Assembly (NCBI GenBank): GCA_022822365.1
Contig: JAJEBV010000050.1
Span: forward strand, 411 to 64,410
Length of the DNA stretch: 64,000 bases
From: Thermoanaerobaculia bacterium
Lineage (GTDB): Bacteria > Acidobacteriota > Thermoanaerobaculia > Multivoradales > Multivoraceae
Direction of reading: 5' to 3'
This document shows, one piece after another, positions 1 to 8,961 of the stretch. The notes below the pieces were generated by a model. It made no database searches. It saw only the letters and a list, made by a program, of their open reading frames with translations, and was not told the DNA's origin. A program made the position numbers and the translations under genes. The number at the start of each line of letters is the position of its first letter. Position 1 is the first letter of the stretch.

Positions 1-1410
1 GGCGCCCTCCAGCCTGACCTGCAGCCAGCGGCCGCCGCCGGCCTCGTTCTTCAAGACCGTCGGTGAGCCGTCGAGGTCGTTGATCACCAGGTCGACGCGG
101 CCGTCGTTGTCGAGATCGCCCATCGCCAGGCCGCGGCTGACCCGCTGTTCGAGGAAGGCCGGACCGCCCCGTTCGGCCACTTCCTCGAACGTGCCGTCGC
201 CCAGGTTCCGGTAGAGCAGTTTGCGCTGGCGGTAGCCGGCCGAAGCGCCGAGCCGGGCGCCGTCGAGCTGGGGGTACACATGGCCGTTCACCACCACCAG
301 GTCCTCCCAGCCATCGTTGTCGTAGTCGAAGAAAGCGGTCCCCCAGCCGACGTAGGGCAGGCTCGACGCACCCGTCCTGGACCGGAAGGAGGCGTCGCTT
401 GAGTAGTCGCCTTCATTGCGGTAGAGCGCGTTGTACTCCTCGGCGAAGTTGCTGACGAACAGGCTCAGCCGGCCGCTGCCGTCGTAGTCGCCGACCGCCA
501 CGCCCATGCCTCCCTGCTCGCCGCCGTCCTCGCTCACCGCGACGCCCATGAAGAAGCCCGACTCCTCGAAGGTGCCGTCCTTGCGGTTCATGTAGAGGTA
601 GTTAGGCGTCGAGTCGTTGGCGACGTAGAGGTCGAGCCAGCCGTCGTCGTCGACGTCGACCCAGGCGATGCCGAGGCCGAAGTAGCCGTCCGGGTCGCGA
701 ACTCCGGCCTCCTCGCCGACCTCGGTGAAGGCGCCGTCCTCTTCCTGGCGGAACAGGAGGTCGGAGGTGCCCGGCAGGCCGCGCGGGCCGCACTGGACGG
801 CGACGCCGCGGTACTCGCAGGTCTTGCCGCTGCCGAACTCCGGCAGGTTGTCGAGATCGAACTCCACGTAGCGGCTCACGAACAGGTCGAGATCGCCGTC
901 GCGGTCGTAGTCGGCGAAGCCGCAGCCCGCCGACCAGCCCGAGGCCGCGACGCCAAGTTCCGTCGCCACGTCGGTGAACGCGCCCTCGCCCGAGTTGCGG
1001 TAGAGCCGGTTCCGGCCGATGCCGGTCACGTAGAGGTCCTGCCAGCCGTCGCCGTCGACGTCGGCGATGCACAGGCCCATTCCCCAGCCGGGGTGGGCGA
1101 CGCCGGCCTCGGCGGCCACGTCCCTGAACGTGCCGTCGCCGAGGTTGCGGTAGAGCGCGCTGTCCGACGACTCCGGGTCGTTCGCGGTGTCGACCGTCAG
1201 GGAATTGACGAAGTAGATGTCGAGCAGGCCGTCGCGGTCGAAGTCGAAGAGCCCGACGCCGCCGCTCATCGACTCAACGATGTACTTCTTCTCGGGCGCG
1301 GAGTTGTGGCGGAAAGTGATGCCGGTGCTTTCGGTGATGTCGCGGAAGAGAGGCGCGTCGCCGGTGGGCTGGACGAGCGCCGACACGGGCCAGACGAAGA
1401 GCGCCGCCAT
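1..1410 (-). CDS. FG-GAP repeat / ASPIC-UnbV (CRTAC1-like) family exported protein, 3'-truncated by window edge
   Basis: Reverse-strand translation from ATG at 1410-1408 gives '[27 protein letters not shown]...' then repeated 'DxDxDGxxD...NxLYRN' FG-GAP blades ('[16 protein letters not shown]', '[15 protein letters not shown]', '[15 protein letters not shown]'). The frame is open to position 1 with no stop in the window. It is missing from the ORF track only because it is incomplete. Confidence 0.7.
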   Translation of the reverse strand, partial: MAALFVWPVSALVQPTGDAPLFRDITESTGITFRHNSAPEKKYIVESMSGGVGLFDFDRDGLLDIYFVNSLTVDTANDPESSDSALYRNLGDGTFRDVAAEAGVAHPGWGMGLCIADVDGDGWQDLYVTGIGRNRLYRNSGEGAFTDVATELGVAASGWSAGCGFADYDRDGDLDLFVSRYVEFDLDNLPEFGSGKTCEYRGVAVQCGPRGLPGTSDLLFRQEEDGAFTEVGEEAGVRDPDGYFGLGIAWVDVDDDGWLDLYVANDSTPNYLYMNRKDGTFEESGFFMGVAVSEDGGEQGGMGVAVGDYDGSGRLSLFVSNFAEEYNALYRNEGDYSSDASFRSRTGASSLPYVGWGTAFFDYDNDGWEDLVVVNGHVYPQLDGARLGASAGYRQRKLLYRNLGDGTFEEVAERGGPAFLEQRVSRGLAMGDLDNDGRVDLVINDLDGSPTVLKNEAGGGRWLQVRLEGA

Positions 1411-1427
1411 CGCTGTCGCTGCTCCGT

Positions 1428-2351
1428 TCAAGGCTCGGCCCTCGATCCCAGCGGCGGCTGGGCGCGCAGGCGCTCGATGTGCTGTTCGATCGCGGCCTGG
1501 GCCTCCCGGGAGAACTGCAAGTGGCGTTCCGCACCCTCGCGGTCGCCGAGGCGGGCGAGGGCGAGGCTGAGCTGGTAGTGCCCCTTGATCGACTGGGTCT
1601 CGACGGCGACCGCTCGCGTGAGCGCTTCCCGGGCCTCGTCGAAGCGACCTTCCTTCACGCGAGCCGTTCCGATCGTCACCAGCGCCGTCGGATGGTCGGG
1701 ATTGACCGCGAGAGCCCGGTCCGCCAGTCGGGTTGCTTCGTCCAGGTCGCCGAGTCCCTCGACGGCCTCGGACATGGTGGCCAGCGCCTCCACGTTGCCG
1801 GGCTCCAGCCGCAGCGCCACGGCCAGCGCTTCCCGGGCCTCCTCGAAGCGGTCCACGCGGTTGAGCGCCAGCCCGAGACCGATGTGGGTCAGGGCTCGAC
1901 GCGGGTCGAGGGCCGCCGCATCCTGGAGCACCTCGGCCGCCTGCGCCATCTCGCCCACCTGCATGCGGGCCACGCCGAGCAGGTAGGCGTACTCCGCCTC
2001 TCCGGGGTGCATCCGGGCCAGCGGCTCGAGCGCCAGGATCGCCTGGATCGGGTTGCTTCGGCCGAGGGAGAAGCGGGCGTAGGCGTTGAGGACGTCCTCG
2101 GAGTTGGGCGCCAAAGTGATGGCGCGGCCGAGCGCTTCGGCGGCGGCTTCGGGTTGGTTGCGGCCGGCGAGGGTGCGGGCCTGGTCGAGGAGTGAGCGGA
2201 CGGACTCGGTCGGCGCGGCTTCGGGCTGGGCGGTGAGGGTGGTTGGGGCGAGGAGGAGGGAGAAGAGGGCTGCGCGGAGGAGGGGAACCGGCCTGCGGCC
2301 GGCGCGTTTCCTGGCCGCCTTCGGCGGCAGCGGGTCAGAGGACCCGCGCAC
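1428..2351 (-). CDS. TPR-repeat exported protein (start taken as GTG inside repeat element)
   Basis: The ORF track frame 1428..2366 shows multiple TPR-like helices (AEAL..A, YAYLLG, GLALNR, ...). The hydrophobic signal core '[24 protein letters not shown]' has no in-frame ATG or GTG downstream until about residue 118. The only plausible start is GTG at 2351-2349 inside the repeat, 10 nt after the upstream gene's stop. Confidence 0.6.
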   Translation of the reverse strand: MRGSSDPLPPKAARKRAGRRPVPLLRAALFSLLLAPTTLTAQPEAAPTESVRSLLDQARTLAGRNQPEAAAEALGRAITLAPNSEDVLNAYARFSLGRSNPIQAILALEPLARMHPGEAEYAYLLGVARMQVGEMAQAAEVLQDAAALDPRRALTHIGLGLALNRVDRFEEAREALAVALRLEPGNVEALATMSEAVEGLGDLDEATRLADRALAVNPDHPTALVTIGTARVKEGRFDEAREALTRAVAVETQSIKGHYQLSLALARLGDREGAERHLQFSREAQAAIEQHIERLRAQPPLGSRAEP

Positions 2352-2358
2352 CCAGCGG
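2291..2358. repeat. REP/MITE-like repeat, half-element (internal segment + F-arm 'GGCGGCAGCGGGTCAGAGGACCCGCGCACCCAG')
   Basis: Matches the right half of the full elements at 57611-57796 and 58251-58436. The arm is a hairpin GCGGGTC-AGAG-GACCCGC followed by the GCGCACCCAG tail. It lies in-frame in the 5' end of the TPR gene. Confidence 0.8.
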
Positions 2359-2362
2359 AAGG

Positions 2363-4633
2363 TCACTGGTCGGACCTTCTCTTGAGTCGCCGGAAGATCT
2401 CGAACTGCTCGCGCGCCTTCTCGCGGTCGCCGAGCTTCTGGTAGGCTAGGCCGAGCTGGTTGCGGATGTTGGGATCTTCCGGCGCCAGTTCCGCGGCCGC
2501 GAGCAACTGCGCGGCCGCCTCGTCGACGCGGCCGTCCTCGAGCAGGATCTTGCCGCGGAGGTAGCGGGCATCGACGAAGTCGGGTTCCGCGTCGAGCACG
2601 AGTTCCACTTCGCGCAACGCGGCCTGGGGCTGGTTGTCGAGTTCGAGGACGGTGGCCAGGACGTAGCGCGACTGGTGGTCGGCGGGATGGGAGACCAGTT
2701 CGGCGCGCAGCGCGGCGCCGGCTTCCTCGAGGCGGCCCTGGCGGAGATAGATGTTGCCGAGCGTGGCCTGCGCCTCGGCGACGTCGGGCCGCAGTTCGAT
2801 CGCGCGCTCCAGGTGCTCCACCGCGGCCTCGAAGTCGCCTTCCTGGGCTGCCGCCTGGCCGAGCAGCACGTTGAGTTCAGGCCAGTCCGCGTGCTCGGCG
2901 AGCAGGCGGTTGAAGATCGGCTGCGCCTCGACGGTCCGTCCGCTCCGGACCAGGGCCAGGCCGTAGGCGTACTGGAGCGAACGGTCGGCGGCGCGGGCCG
3001 GATCGGTGGCCAGCAGCTCCGCCGCGCGGTCGTAGACCTCGGCGTTGAGCCAGGCCAGAGCGAGCATCCGCCGCAGCGCGAGGTCGTCTGGCTGCCGCTC
3101 CAGCGCCGTCGACAGGGGCGTCGTCGCCTGCCCGAACTGCCCGGCGTTGAACCGGGCGACGCCCAGCGAGTACTGGACCCTCGGGAAGCCCGGATCGACC
3201 GAGGCGGCCTGCTCGAAGTGACCCGCGGCCCGGGTGAAGCGCCGGGCCTGCGTCGCCATCACGCCGAGATTGAACGAGGCGCGGGCGAGAGTCGTTCGCG
3301 CCGTTCGCACGAGCTGTGCCCGAACCTCCGGCGAGAGGCCGGAGACCGGCGTCTCGCTGAAGACGGACAGGCCGACGACCCCGGCCGACGGTTCCTTGCC
3401 ATGGCCGTCCAGGTAGTTCGACATGCGATCGCGCGAGGTCTGGGCCAGGGCCACCGAGAAGCGCTCGGCGGCCTCGAAGTGAGGCAGCGCCCGCGCCTCG
3501 TCTCCGGTGCGGCGCAGCGCCAGGGCGAGCTGGTAGTGGAGGCTCTCCATCTGGTTGGCGTTGAACGAGCCGCCGTAGCCGCCCTCCGCCAGGGCGATCG
3601 CGCTCTCGAGCGCGGTCGCCGCTTCCCCCGGCCGGTCGAGGCCGAGGAGAGCCCGGCCCAGATGGTGCAGCGCGTTGGGACGCGTGGACGTCGACTCCAC
3701 CGCGATCTCCAGAGAGGCCAGCGCCTCCTCGAAGCGCCGGGCATCGACCAGCACCATTCCCAGGTAGAGGTGGTTCACCGGATCCTCGGGCGAGATGCGG
3801 CGCTCCTCCTTGAAGTGGTCGATGGCCTCCTCGACGGCGCCGCGGCCCCGGTCCAGGAGCTCCACGGTCCCCAGGTAGAAGCGGGCACGCGGCACCCGCG
3901 GTTCTTCCTCGATGGCGCGTTCGAGCGCCTCGCGGGCCTTCCCGTACTCGCCGTAGTCGCGGTAGGTCCTGCCGATCAGAATCCAGGTCTGCGGAATCGG
4001 ACGCTCCTCGGCCACGTCCCGGAAGAGCCTCTCTGCGGCCTCCGGACGCTCCAGGCGGAGGTAGCCGCTGGCGAGGGCGAATCGGGTTTCCACGTCTTCC
4101 GGCGTGGACTCGACGGCTCGCTCCAACTGCTGCACCGCCATCTCCGGCTGGCCGCTCGCGTTGAAGGCCCGGGCGAGGAGCCGCACGGCGCGACCGTCTC
4201 CCGAACTGCGCGCCAGCAGACGCCGGAGGTGGTCCGCCGCGCCATCGGGATCGCCGCGCTCAAGCGCGAGTTCGGCGAGGGCGAGCAAGGGGCGACGCGC
4301 TTCGAGGGCGGAGACGAGGGCGCGTTCGTAGGCGGTCTCGGCCTCGGCCGGGGCGCCGCCGGCGCGCTGCAGGTCGCCGAGCAGCAGCCAGCCTTCGAGC
4401 AGGGCCTCCCGGTACCAGCTCTCGGCCGCCTGCGGTTCGTCGCGGCGAAGCATGGTCTCGGCCTCCGACAGGGCGCGCTGCATGGCGGCGTCGGGCGGCT
4501 CTTCCTGGGCCGGCGTCGACGCCGGCGCCGCGACCGCAAGAACCAGGGTCAGACCGCCAAAGCGGAGCCGGCCTGACGGCCGGCGCGTCTTTCCCGCCGC
4601 CTCCGGCGGCAGCGGGTCAGAAGACCCGCGCAC
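2363..4633 (-). CDS. large TPR-repeat exported protein (about 756 aa)
   Basis: Same frame as track ORF 2363..6391 but only the C-terminal about 750 aa is protein-like, with many TPR repeats ('AEAQATLGNIYLRQGRLEEA', 'NIRNQLGLAYQKLGDREKAREQF'). The signal core 'GGLTLVLAVAAPASTPAQEE' is preceded only by repeat-derived codons. GTG at 4633-4631 inside the repeat arm is the nearest in-frame start. The upstream 5' part of the track ORF is Arg-rich junk overlapping the VWA gene. Confidence 0.65.
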   Translation of the reverse strand: MRGSSDPLPPEAAGKTRRPSGRLRFGGLTLVLAVAAPASTPAQEEPPDAAMQRALSEAETMLRRDEPQAAESWYREALLEGWLLLGDLQRAGGAPAEAETAYERALVSALEARRPLLALAELALERGDPDGAADHLRRLLARSSGDGRAVRLLARAFNASGQPEMAVQQLERAVESTPEDVETRFALASGYLRLERPEAAERLFRDVAEERPIPQTWILIGRTYRDYGEYGKAREALERAIEEEPRVPRARFYLGTVELLDRGRGAVEEAIDHFKEERRISPEDPVNHLYLGMVLVDARRFEEALASLEIAVESTSTRPNALHHLGRALLGLDRPGEAATALESAIALAEGGYGGSFNANQMESLHYQLALALRRTGDEARALPHFEAAERFSVALAQTSRDRMSNYLDGHGKEPSAGVVGLSVFSETPVSGLSPEVRAQLVRTARTTLARASFNLGVMATQARRFTRAAGHFEQAASVDPGFPRVQYSLGVARFNAGQFGQATTPLSTALERQPDDLALRRMLALAWLNAEVYDRAAELLATDPARAADRSLQYAYGLALVRSGRTVEAQPIFNRLLAEHADWPELNVLLGQAAAQEGDFEAAVEHLERAIELRPDVAEAQATLGNIYLRQGRLEEAGAALRAELVSHPADHQSRYVLATVLELDNQPQAALREVELVLDAEPDFVDARYLRGKILLEDGRVDEAAAQLLAAAELAPEDPNIRNQLGLAYQKLGDREKAREQFEIFRRLKRRSDQ

Positions 4634-4640
4634 CCAGCAG
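4563..4640. repeat. REP/MITE-like repeat, half-element (internal segment + F-arm)
   Basis: '...gccggcctgacggccggcgcgtctttcccgccgcctccGGCGGCAGCGGGTCAGAAGACCCGCGCACCCAGCAG'. Same family as the other copies. Confidence 0.8.
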
Positions 4641-4674
4641 ACGCAGCCAGTTCGGCGGTGCACCGAACTCAACG

Positions 4675-6486
4675 TCAGTTCCCGGCCCCCTCGCCCACGG
4701 CCAGGGTGGTCGAGACGAACGCGGTCTCGCGCGTGGCGTCGTCCCGCACGCCGACCGCGACCAGGTTCAGGCCGTCCGGAATGTCGATGTTGAAGACCAG
4801 GTCGAGAAGGCGCGTGTCGCGATCCGGGGGCGCTTCCACCAGAAAGGTCTTCTCGTCCCTGACCACCCTCGAGGTCTGGGCGTGGCGGCTGGCGACCTCC
4901 ACCCGGATCTGCGCCATCTCCTTGTCCTCGAACGGCAGGAAGGCGACTCCCGCGGCCGGCACCATGACGTGGAGGGGCAGCCGCCGCTTGCCGCCGCCGG
5001 CCGCGCGAACGCGGCCCGCGCCCAGCCGCACGCCCAGCGGGTTCTCGACCAGACCGAGATAGAGCGCGCCGTCGAGCTGCTCGCTCATTCGCTGGTCGGA
5101 ACTCTTGTCGCGGTAGCCGCGGCGGTGGCGGACCTGCACGTTCCGGCCCCGGACCCGCACGCGGATCTGGTGTTCGCCGCGGTCGCCGCCATGGGGCGGG
5201 CGGTAGGCGAGCGAGTAGTAGCTCGCCATCTCGTCGGCGATCTGCTCGAGTTCGTCCGCGAACTGGTTGCGGTTGAAGATGGCGCGGCCGCCGGTCTCGT
5301 CGGCGAGCACGGCCATGCCGTCGCGTTCGGCTTCGCGAACCGAGCTGTTGAAGGGGTTCGCCCCCTGGAAGTCGATCGAGGACTGCTCCGCCGCGCTCAG
5401 GAACGCCGGGCGGAGGCCGCTGGTCTGGAGCGAGTAGACCGTCACGCGGTTCGCGTTGGCGTGACGGGTGAGCTCGTGGAATCCGCCCGACAGTTCCGCC
5501 ACCGGCGACTGCGAGCGGAACCGGTCGCCGGCGGGACACAGGCCGGTGATGAAGTCCCGCAAGTCGCTGCCGGGAGTCCGTTCGAGGGAGTCGCTGATGT
5601 AGAGCAGCGTCTTGACGCCGGGCAGCGCGGCCAGAAAGCGGACGGTCGTCGTCAGGTGATCGAGCGTCGCGCCGATCCGGTCGCGGCCGATGTGGGCGGC
5701 GTTCTCGACCTCGGGCAGCGCCTGGCGCACGAACGTTCCGCAGGGCGCCGGCGCCGAGTTCCGGCGGCTGCTGCCCGCCGAAGCGAGCGTCCTCGCGTCC
5801 TGCCAGAGCTGGTTCAACCGCCGTATCGCGAGCCGCTTCGCCTGCTGCGACTGGCCGCCCATTCCCGGCGAGGCCGCGATGCGCTCGAGCGCCGCGTCCA
5901 GGTCCTCGCGGCTGGAACCGAAGTAGGCCTCGGTGACGAGGTCGCGATCCTGGCGGAAGATGAGCACGCGTTCCGCCGGGAACCTCTCCTCGTCGAGGAA
6001 AGCTCTCAGATCCTCGATCGCCTGCTTGCGGCTGGCCGGACCGAGATGGAGTTCGTCGAAGTAGAGGACGAGATGCGCGGGTTCGGCCGCGGCCCCGGCT
6101 CCGGTTGCTTCCCGTTCGGCCGCCGGCTCGCCAGGCTCTCCAACCGGACTGGCGGACACGGCATCCGTGACCTCGCTGAAGAAGTCGATCGTCACCGGTT
6201 CGCCGTCCTCGCGCACCTCGAAGTCTTCCGGACCCAGGCCCGTCACCGGACGGCCGCGCCTGTCGCTGACCCAGACTTCGACGTTCACGAGCTGAACGTC
6301 GACGACTTCGCTGAAAGAGGGTGGCTCGGACTCCTGCGCCTGGGCGTGGGCGAAAGCCGGCCCCAGCACCGAGAACGCCATCGCCGGCCACGCGGACCAG
6401 AAACCCGGGGGTCGGCGTCGCGTCCGCGCGGCACAGGCGCGCGGGGGGGCGGCAGGAGCGCGGCCTGAACTTCTCAACATCATCAC
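4675..6486 (-). CDS. von Willebrand factor type A (VWA) domain exported protein
   Basis: 603-aa ORF with a basic N-region plus hydrophobic 'FWSAWPAMAFSVLGPAFAHAQAQE' signal. A VWA-like fold region follows ('LVLYFDELHLGPASRKQAIEDLRAFLDE...'), with a metal-ion-dependent-adhesion-site-like 'ISDSLE'. It is adjacent to TPR genes, a Bat-like arrangement. An alternative start at ATG 6381 is possible. Confidence 0.65.
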   Translation of the reverse strand: MMMLRSSGRAPAAPPRACAARTRRRPPGFWSAWPAMAFSVLGPAFAHAQAQESEPPSFSEVVDVQLVNVEVWVSDRRGRPVTGLGPEDFEVREDGEPVTIDFFSEVTDAVSASPVGEPGEPAAEREATGAGAAAEPAHLVLYFDELHLGPASRKQAIEDLRAFLDEERFPAERVLIFRQDRDLVTEAYFGSSREDLDAALERIAASPGMGGQSQQAKRLAIRRLNQLWQDARTLASAGSSRRNSAPAPCGTFVRQALPEVENAAHIGRDRIGATLDHLTTTVRFLAALPGVKTLLYISDSLERTPGSDLRDFITGLCPAGDRFRSQSPVAELSGGFHELTRHANANRVTVYSLQTSGLRPAFLSAAEQSSIDFQGANPFNSSVREAERDGMAVLADETGGRAIFNRNQFADELEQIADEMASYYSLAYRPPHGGDRGEHQIRVRVRGRNVQVRHRRGYRDKSSDQRMSEQLDGALYLGLVENPLGVRLGAGRVRAAGGGKRRLPLHVMVPAAGVAFLPFEDKEMAQIRVEVASRHAQTSRVVRDEKTFLVEAPPDRDTRLLDLVFNIDIPDGLNLVAVGVRDDATRETAFVSTTLAVGEGAGN

Positions 6487-7697
6487 GTCAGTCTACTTTC
6501 GCTGTCAGGTGAGTAGTGGTTCGGCTGCGTGTCTTCGAAGCGGCGGAGCACGCCGAAGCAGAGAGCCAGAAGAACGAGGCCGCCGACCGGAGCGACGAAG
6601 CCGGCCGCCAGCCGGTCCGGGCCGCCGGCGAGCTGCGCCGTCAGCCAGGGCAGCACGGCGCCTCCGGTGCCGGCGAGGGCGAACACCCAGCCGGTGCCGC
6701 GGGAGCGTGTCGCGGCGGTGAGCTCGGCGAGGAACGACAGGGCCAGGGGAAAGAGAGGCGCCAGTCCGGCGCCGGTTGCGGCGGCGGAAACCGCGATCCC
6801 GGCAGCCGTCCGGGCCACCATGAGTCCGACCAGCCCGCCGGCCGCCAGGAGAATGCCGGCCCCGAACAGGGTGGTTTCGGTCATCCGGCGAAGCAGGAGC
6901 GGCGCCAGTGCCCGGCTGGCCAGCAGCGCCGCCCAGAACCCCGATCCGATCAAGAGGGACGAGGCGGCGGGCGAGTCCTGGATCTGATCGGCCAGGCTGA
7001 CCAGCCAGCCGCCGACCGAGGTCTCGATGCCGACGTAGAGGAACATGATCCCGGCGATCGCGAAGAGGGCGGCCAGCCGTCGCCGGCCGGCCGACCGCCG
7101 GGACCCGGGGGCCTCGGCAGAGGCGTCCCTGCCCGGCGCCTCGCCCCGCGTGGCCACGAGAGACAGCAGGATCACTCCGGCGAACACCGCCAGGACAACC
7201 AGCACCGCGTCGCTCGACATTCCCCGAGGCCGCGCGGCGAAGAGCAGGGGGCACGTGACCGCGCCGACGCCCCAGACCAGGTTGAGCGACGACAGCGCCG
7301 CGCCGCGCCGGGCCGGCTGGGCGTGGGCGACCCACAGGTTGGTGGACGGAATCGCCAGCCCCAGGCCCAGGCCCATCGCGGCCACCGGGACCAGGGCGAC
7401 CGGCCAGTCGGCAATCGCCAGCAGCGCCAGCCCGAGAGCGATCAACAGGTAGCCGACCAACAGGCTGAGGCCGAGCCGGTAGCTCGAGACGAGCGAGCCA
7501 ACGGCACTGGCCAGGAACTGGGCTACGAAGAGCGACCTGAGTTCCTCGACCGGCAGGCGCCACTCTCCGGCCAGTTCGGGCAGCAGCGGGCCCAGCAGCA
7601 CCGTGGCCACTCCGGTGGCGAAGAAGCCCACGTAGAGCGGCACGGTGCGCCCGGCAGCCACCCCCGGGCGGGGCGACCCGGCCCTGACTTCAGCCAC
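6483..7697 (-). CDS. MFS transporter (sugar/fucose-permease-like)
   Basis: 404 aa with 12 predicted hydrophobic helices and Gly/Ala-rich MFS-like loops. It overlaps the LacI stop by 8 nt. Confidence 0.75.
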   Translation of the reverse strand: MAEVRAGSPRPGVAAGRTVPLYVGFFATGVATVLLGPLLPELAGEWRLPVEELRSLFVAQFLASAVGSLVSSYRLGLSLLVGYLLIALGLALLAIADWPVALVPVAAMGLGLGLAIPSTNLWVAHAQPARRGAALSSLNLVWGVGAVTCPLLFAARPRGMSSDAVLVVLAVFAGVILLSLVATRGEAPGRDASAEAPGSRRSAGRRRLAALFAIAGIMFLYVGIETSVGGWLVSLADQIQDSPAASSLLIGSGFWAALLASRALAPLLLRRMTETTLFGAGILLAAGGLVGLMVARTAAGIAVSAAATGAGLAPLFPLALSFLAELTAATRSRGTGWVFALAGTGGAVLPWLTAQLAGGPDRLAAGFVAPVGGLVLLALCFGVLRRFEDTQPNHYSPDSESRLT

Positions 7698-8781
7698 CGC
7701 CCCGTGCCGGACCGGTCGAATCCCGAACGACCAGTTCCGGTTCGATCGTGATCGCGGGGGGCGACTCCTCGCCCGGAGCGGCCAGCTTGCGCAGCAGCTC
7801 GGCGGCCGCCCGCCGGCCCATCTCGTGCAGCGGCTGCCGCACAGTGGTCAGGCTGGGGTTCTGGAAGGCCGCGCTCAGGATGTCGTCGAAGCCGACGACC
7901 GAGGCGTCGTCGGGAATGCGCAGGCCGCTCTCGCTGAACGCGCGCATCGCGCCGATCGCCGAGACGTCGTTGAACGCGAACAGCGCCGTGAACGGCGTGC
8001 CCACCTCGAGCAGCTTGCGGCCGAAGACGTCGCCCTCGCGATAGCCCTCCTCGGGCGAGAATTCCTCGCCCGCCGGGTCGCCGGACAACTGGAGGGTCAG
8101 CCGCGGGTCGATTTCCAGCCCGAGATCCGCCGAGGCCGCGACGATCGCCCGCCACCGCGATTCGGTGTCCGCCGAGTGGGCGTGTCCCTTGAAGAAGGCA
8201 ATGCGGCGATGGCCCAGCTCGGCGAGGTGGGCCAACGCCAGCCGAGCCGCCATCTCGTGGTCGATCACGACGTTGGTCACGCCCCCGATCTCGCGGTGGC
8301 CCGCCACCGCGACCGCCGGCAGGGCCAGAGCGTCCTCGATCGGGGTGTTGACCAGAATCAACCCCTCGACGGAGCGCTCCGTGAGGAGCTGCAGGTAGTC
8401 GTCGAAGAGGTCGGGCTTCGAGTGGTGGCCCGCAACCAGGTAGAAGTAGCCCTCCTGCAAGAGCTGGTCCTCGATACCTCCGAGGACGCCGGCCGCGTAG
8501 CCCTCGCTGATCTCCGGCAGGAGGACGCCGACCGCGAACGTGCGCTGGCGCCGGAGCGAGCGCGCGATGAAGTTCGGGCGGTAGCCGAGTTCTTCCGCCG
8601 CCGCGCGAACTCTCTCCTGGGTTTCCGGAGGAATCCCCTTGGCGGCCGGCGACCGGTTCATTACCAGGGAAACGGTGGTCGGCGACAGGCCGAGATGGGC
8701 CGCCACGTCCTTGAGCCGGGTCGGCTTCCCGGTGTTCGGCTCGTCCCGTGGGGAGCTGGTTCCTCTGGCGGGGTTCATCTT
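7690..8781 (-). CDS. LacI-family transcriptional regulator
   Basis: N-terminal HTH '[23 protein letters not shown]' followed by a periplasmic-binding-fold sugar-binding domain ('[15 protein letters not shown]', 'VVGFDD'). Start chosen at 'MNPARG'. The track ORF begins 12 codons earlier at 8817. Confidence 0.8.
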   Translation of the reverse strand, partial: KMNPARGTSSPRDEPNTGKPTRLKDVAAHLGLSPTTVSLVMNRSPAAKGIPPETQERVRAAAEELGYRPNFIARSLRRQRTFAVGVLLPEISEGYAAGVLGGIEDQLLQEGYFYLVAGHHSKPDLFDDYLQLLTERSVEGLILVNTPIEDALALPAVAVAGHREIGGVTNVVIDHEMAARLALAHLAELGHRRIAFFKGHAHSADTESRWRAIVAASADLGLEIDPRLTLQLSGDPAGEEFSPEEGYREGDVFGRKLLEVGTPFTALFAFNDVSAIGAMRAFSESGLRIPDDASVVGFDDILSAAFQNPSLTTVRQPLHEMGRRAAAELLRKLAAPGEESPPAITIEPELVVRDSTGPARGGG

Positions 8782-8863
8782 CCTCACGGCCGGATCCAAA
8801 AAAGTGACGCCATTCACAGGATCTTGACAACCCTACGCGGCGTGTGCAGACTCAGGCTAGCAT

Positions 8864-8879
8864 GCTAAAACGATTTAGC
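8864..8879. promoter_or_regulatory. LacI-type operator-like palindrome 'GCTAAAACGATTTAGC' in divergent promoter region
   Basis: Near-perfect 16-bp palindrome with a central CG, the hallmark of LacI/GalR operators. It lies between the divergent LacI/MFS genes and the TonB receptor operon. Confidence 0.45.
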
Positions 8880-8931
8880 CCGACCCTTCCGTCTGCAGCG
8901 GCAGGAAGCTGGGCCCTTTTCACGGCTACCG

Positions 8932-8946
8932 GCTAAATCGGTTTAC
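8932..8946. promoter_or_regulatory. second LacI-type operator-like half-palindrome 'GCTAAATCGGTTTAC'
   Basis: Related to the first site (GCTAAA-CG-TTTA) and 16 nt upstream of the TonB receptor start. The SD 'AAGGAGG' at 8951-8957 precedes ATG 8962. Confidence 0.4.
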
Positions 8947-8961
8947 CCGTCAAGGAGGACC

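Noticed and set aside
4646-4668. GC hairpin 'AGTTCGGTGCACCGCCGAACT' after the VWA stop, as a Rho-independent terminator
   Set aside because: There is no U-tract, and the next gene's probable GTG start lies about 15 nt downstream. More likely a structured intercistronic spacer than a terminator.
2363-6391. 1342-aa ORF reported as one protein
   Set aside because: Its N-terminal about 585 codons are Arg/Gly-rich, low-complexity and antisense-like, and they overlap the separately framed VWA gene (4675..6486). The protein-like TPR region begins only after the repeat at about 4633. Treated as read-through.

The same reasoning applies to the 610-aa ORF 17640..19472, the 564-aa ORF 18548..20242, the 444-aa ORF 20077..21411, the 649-aa ORF 21682..23631, the 794-aa ORF 43434..45818 and the 542-aa ORF 45284..46912.
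8824-8862. TTGACA at 8824-8829 as the -35 of the divergent promoter
   Set aside because: No acceptable -10 hexamer lies 16-19 nt downstream. The nearest TAGCAT is 27 nt away, so it is not reported as a promoter feature.
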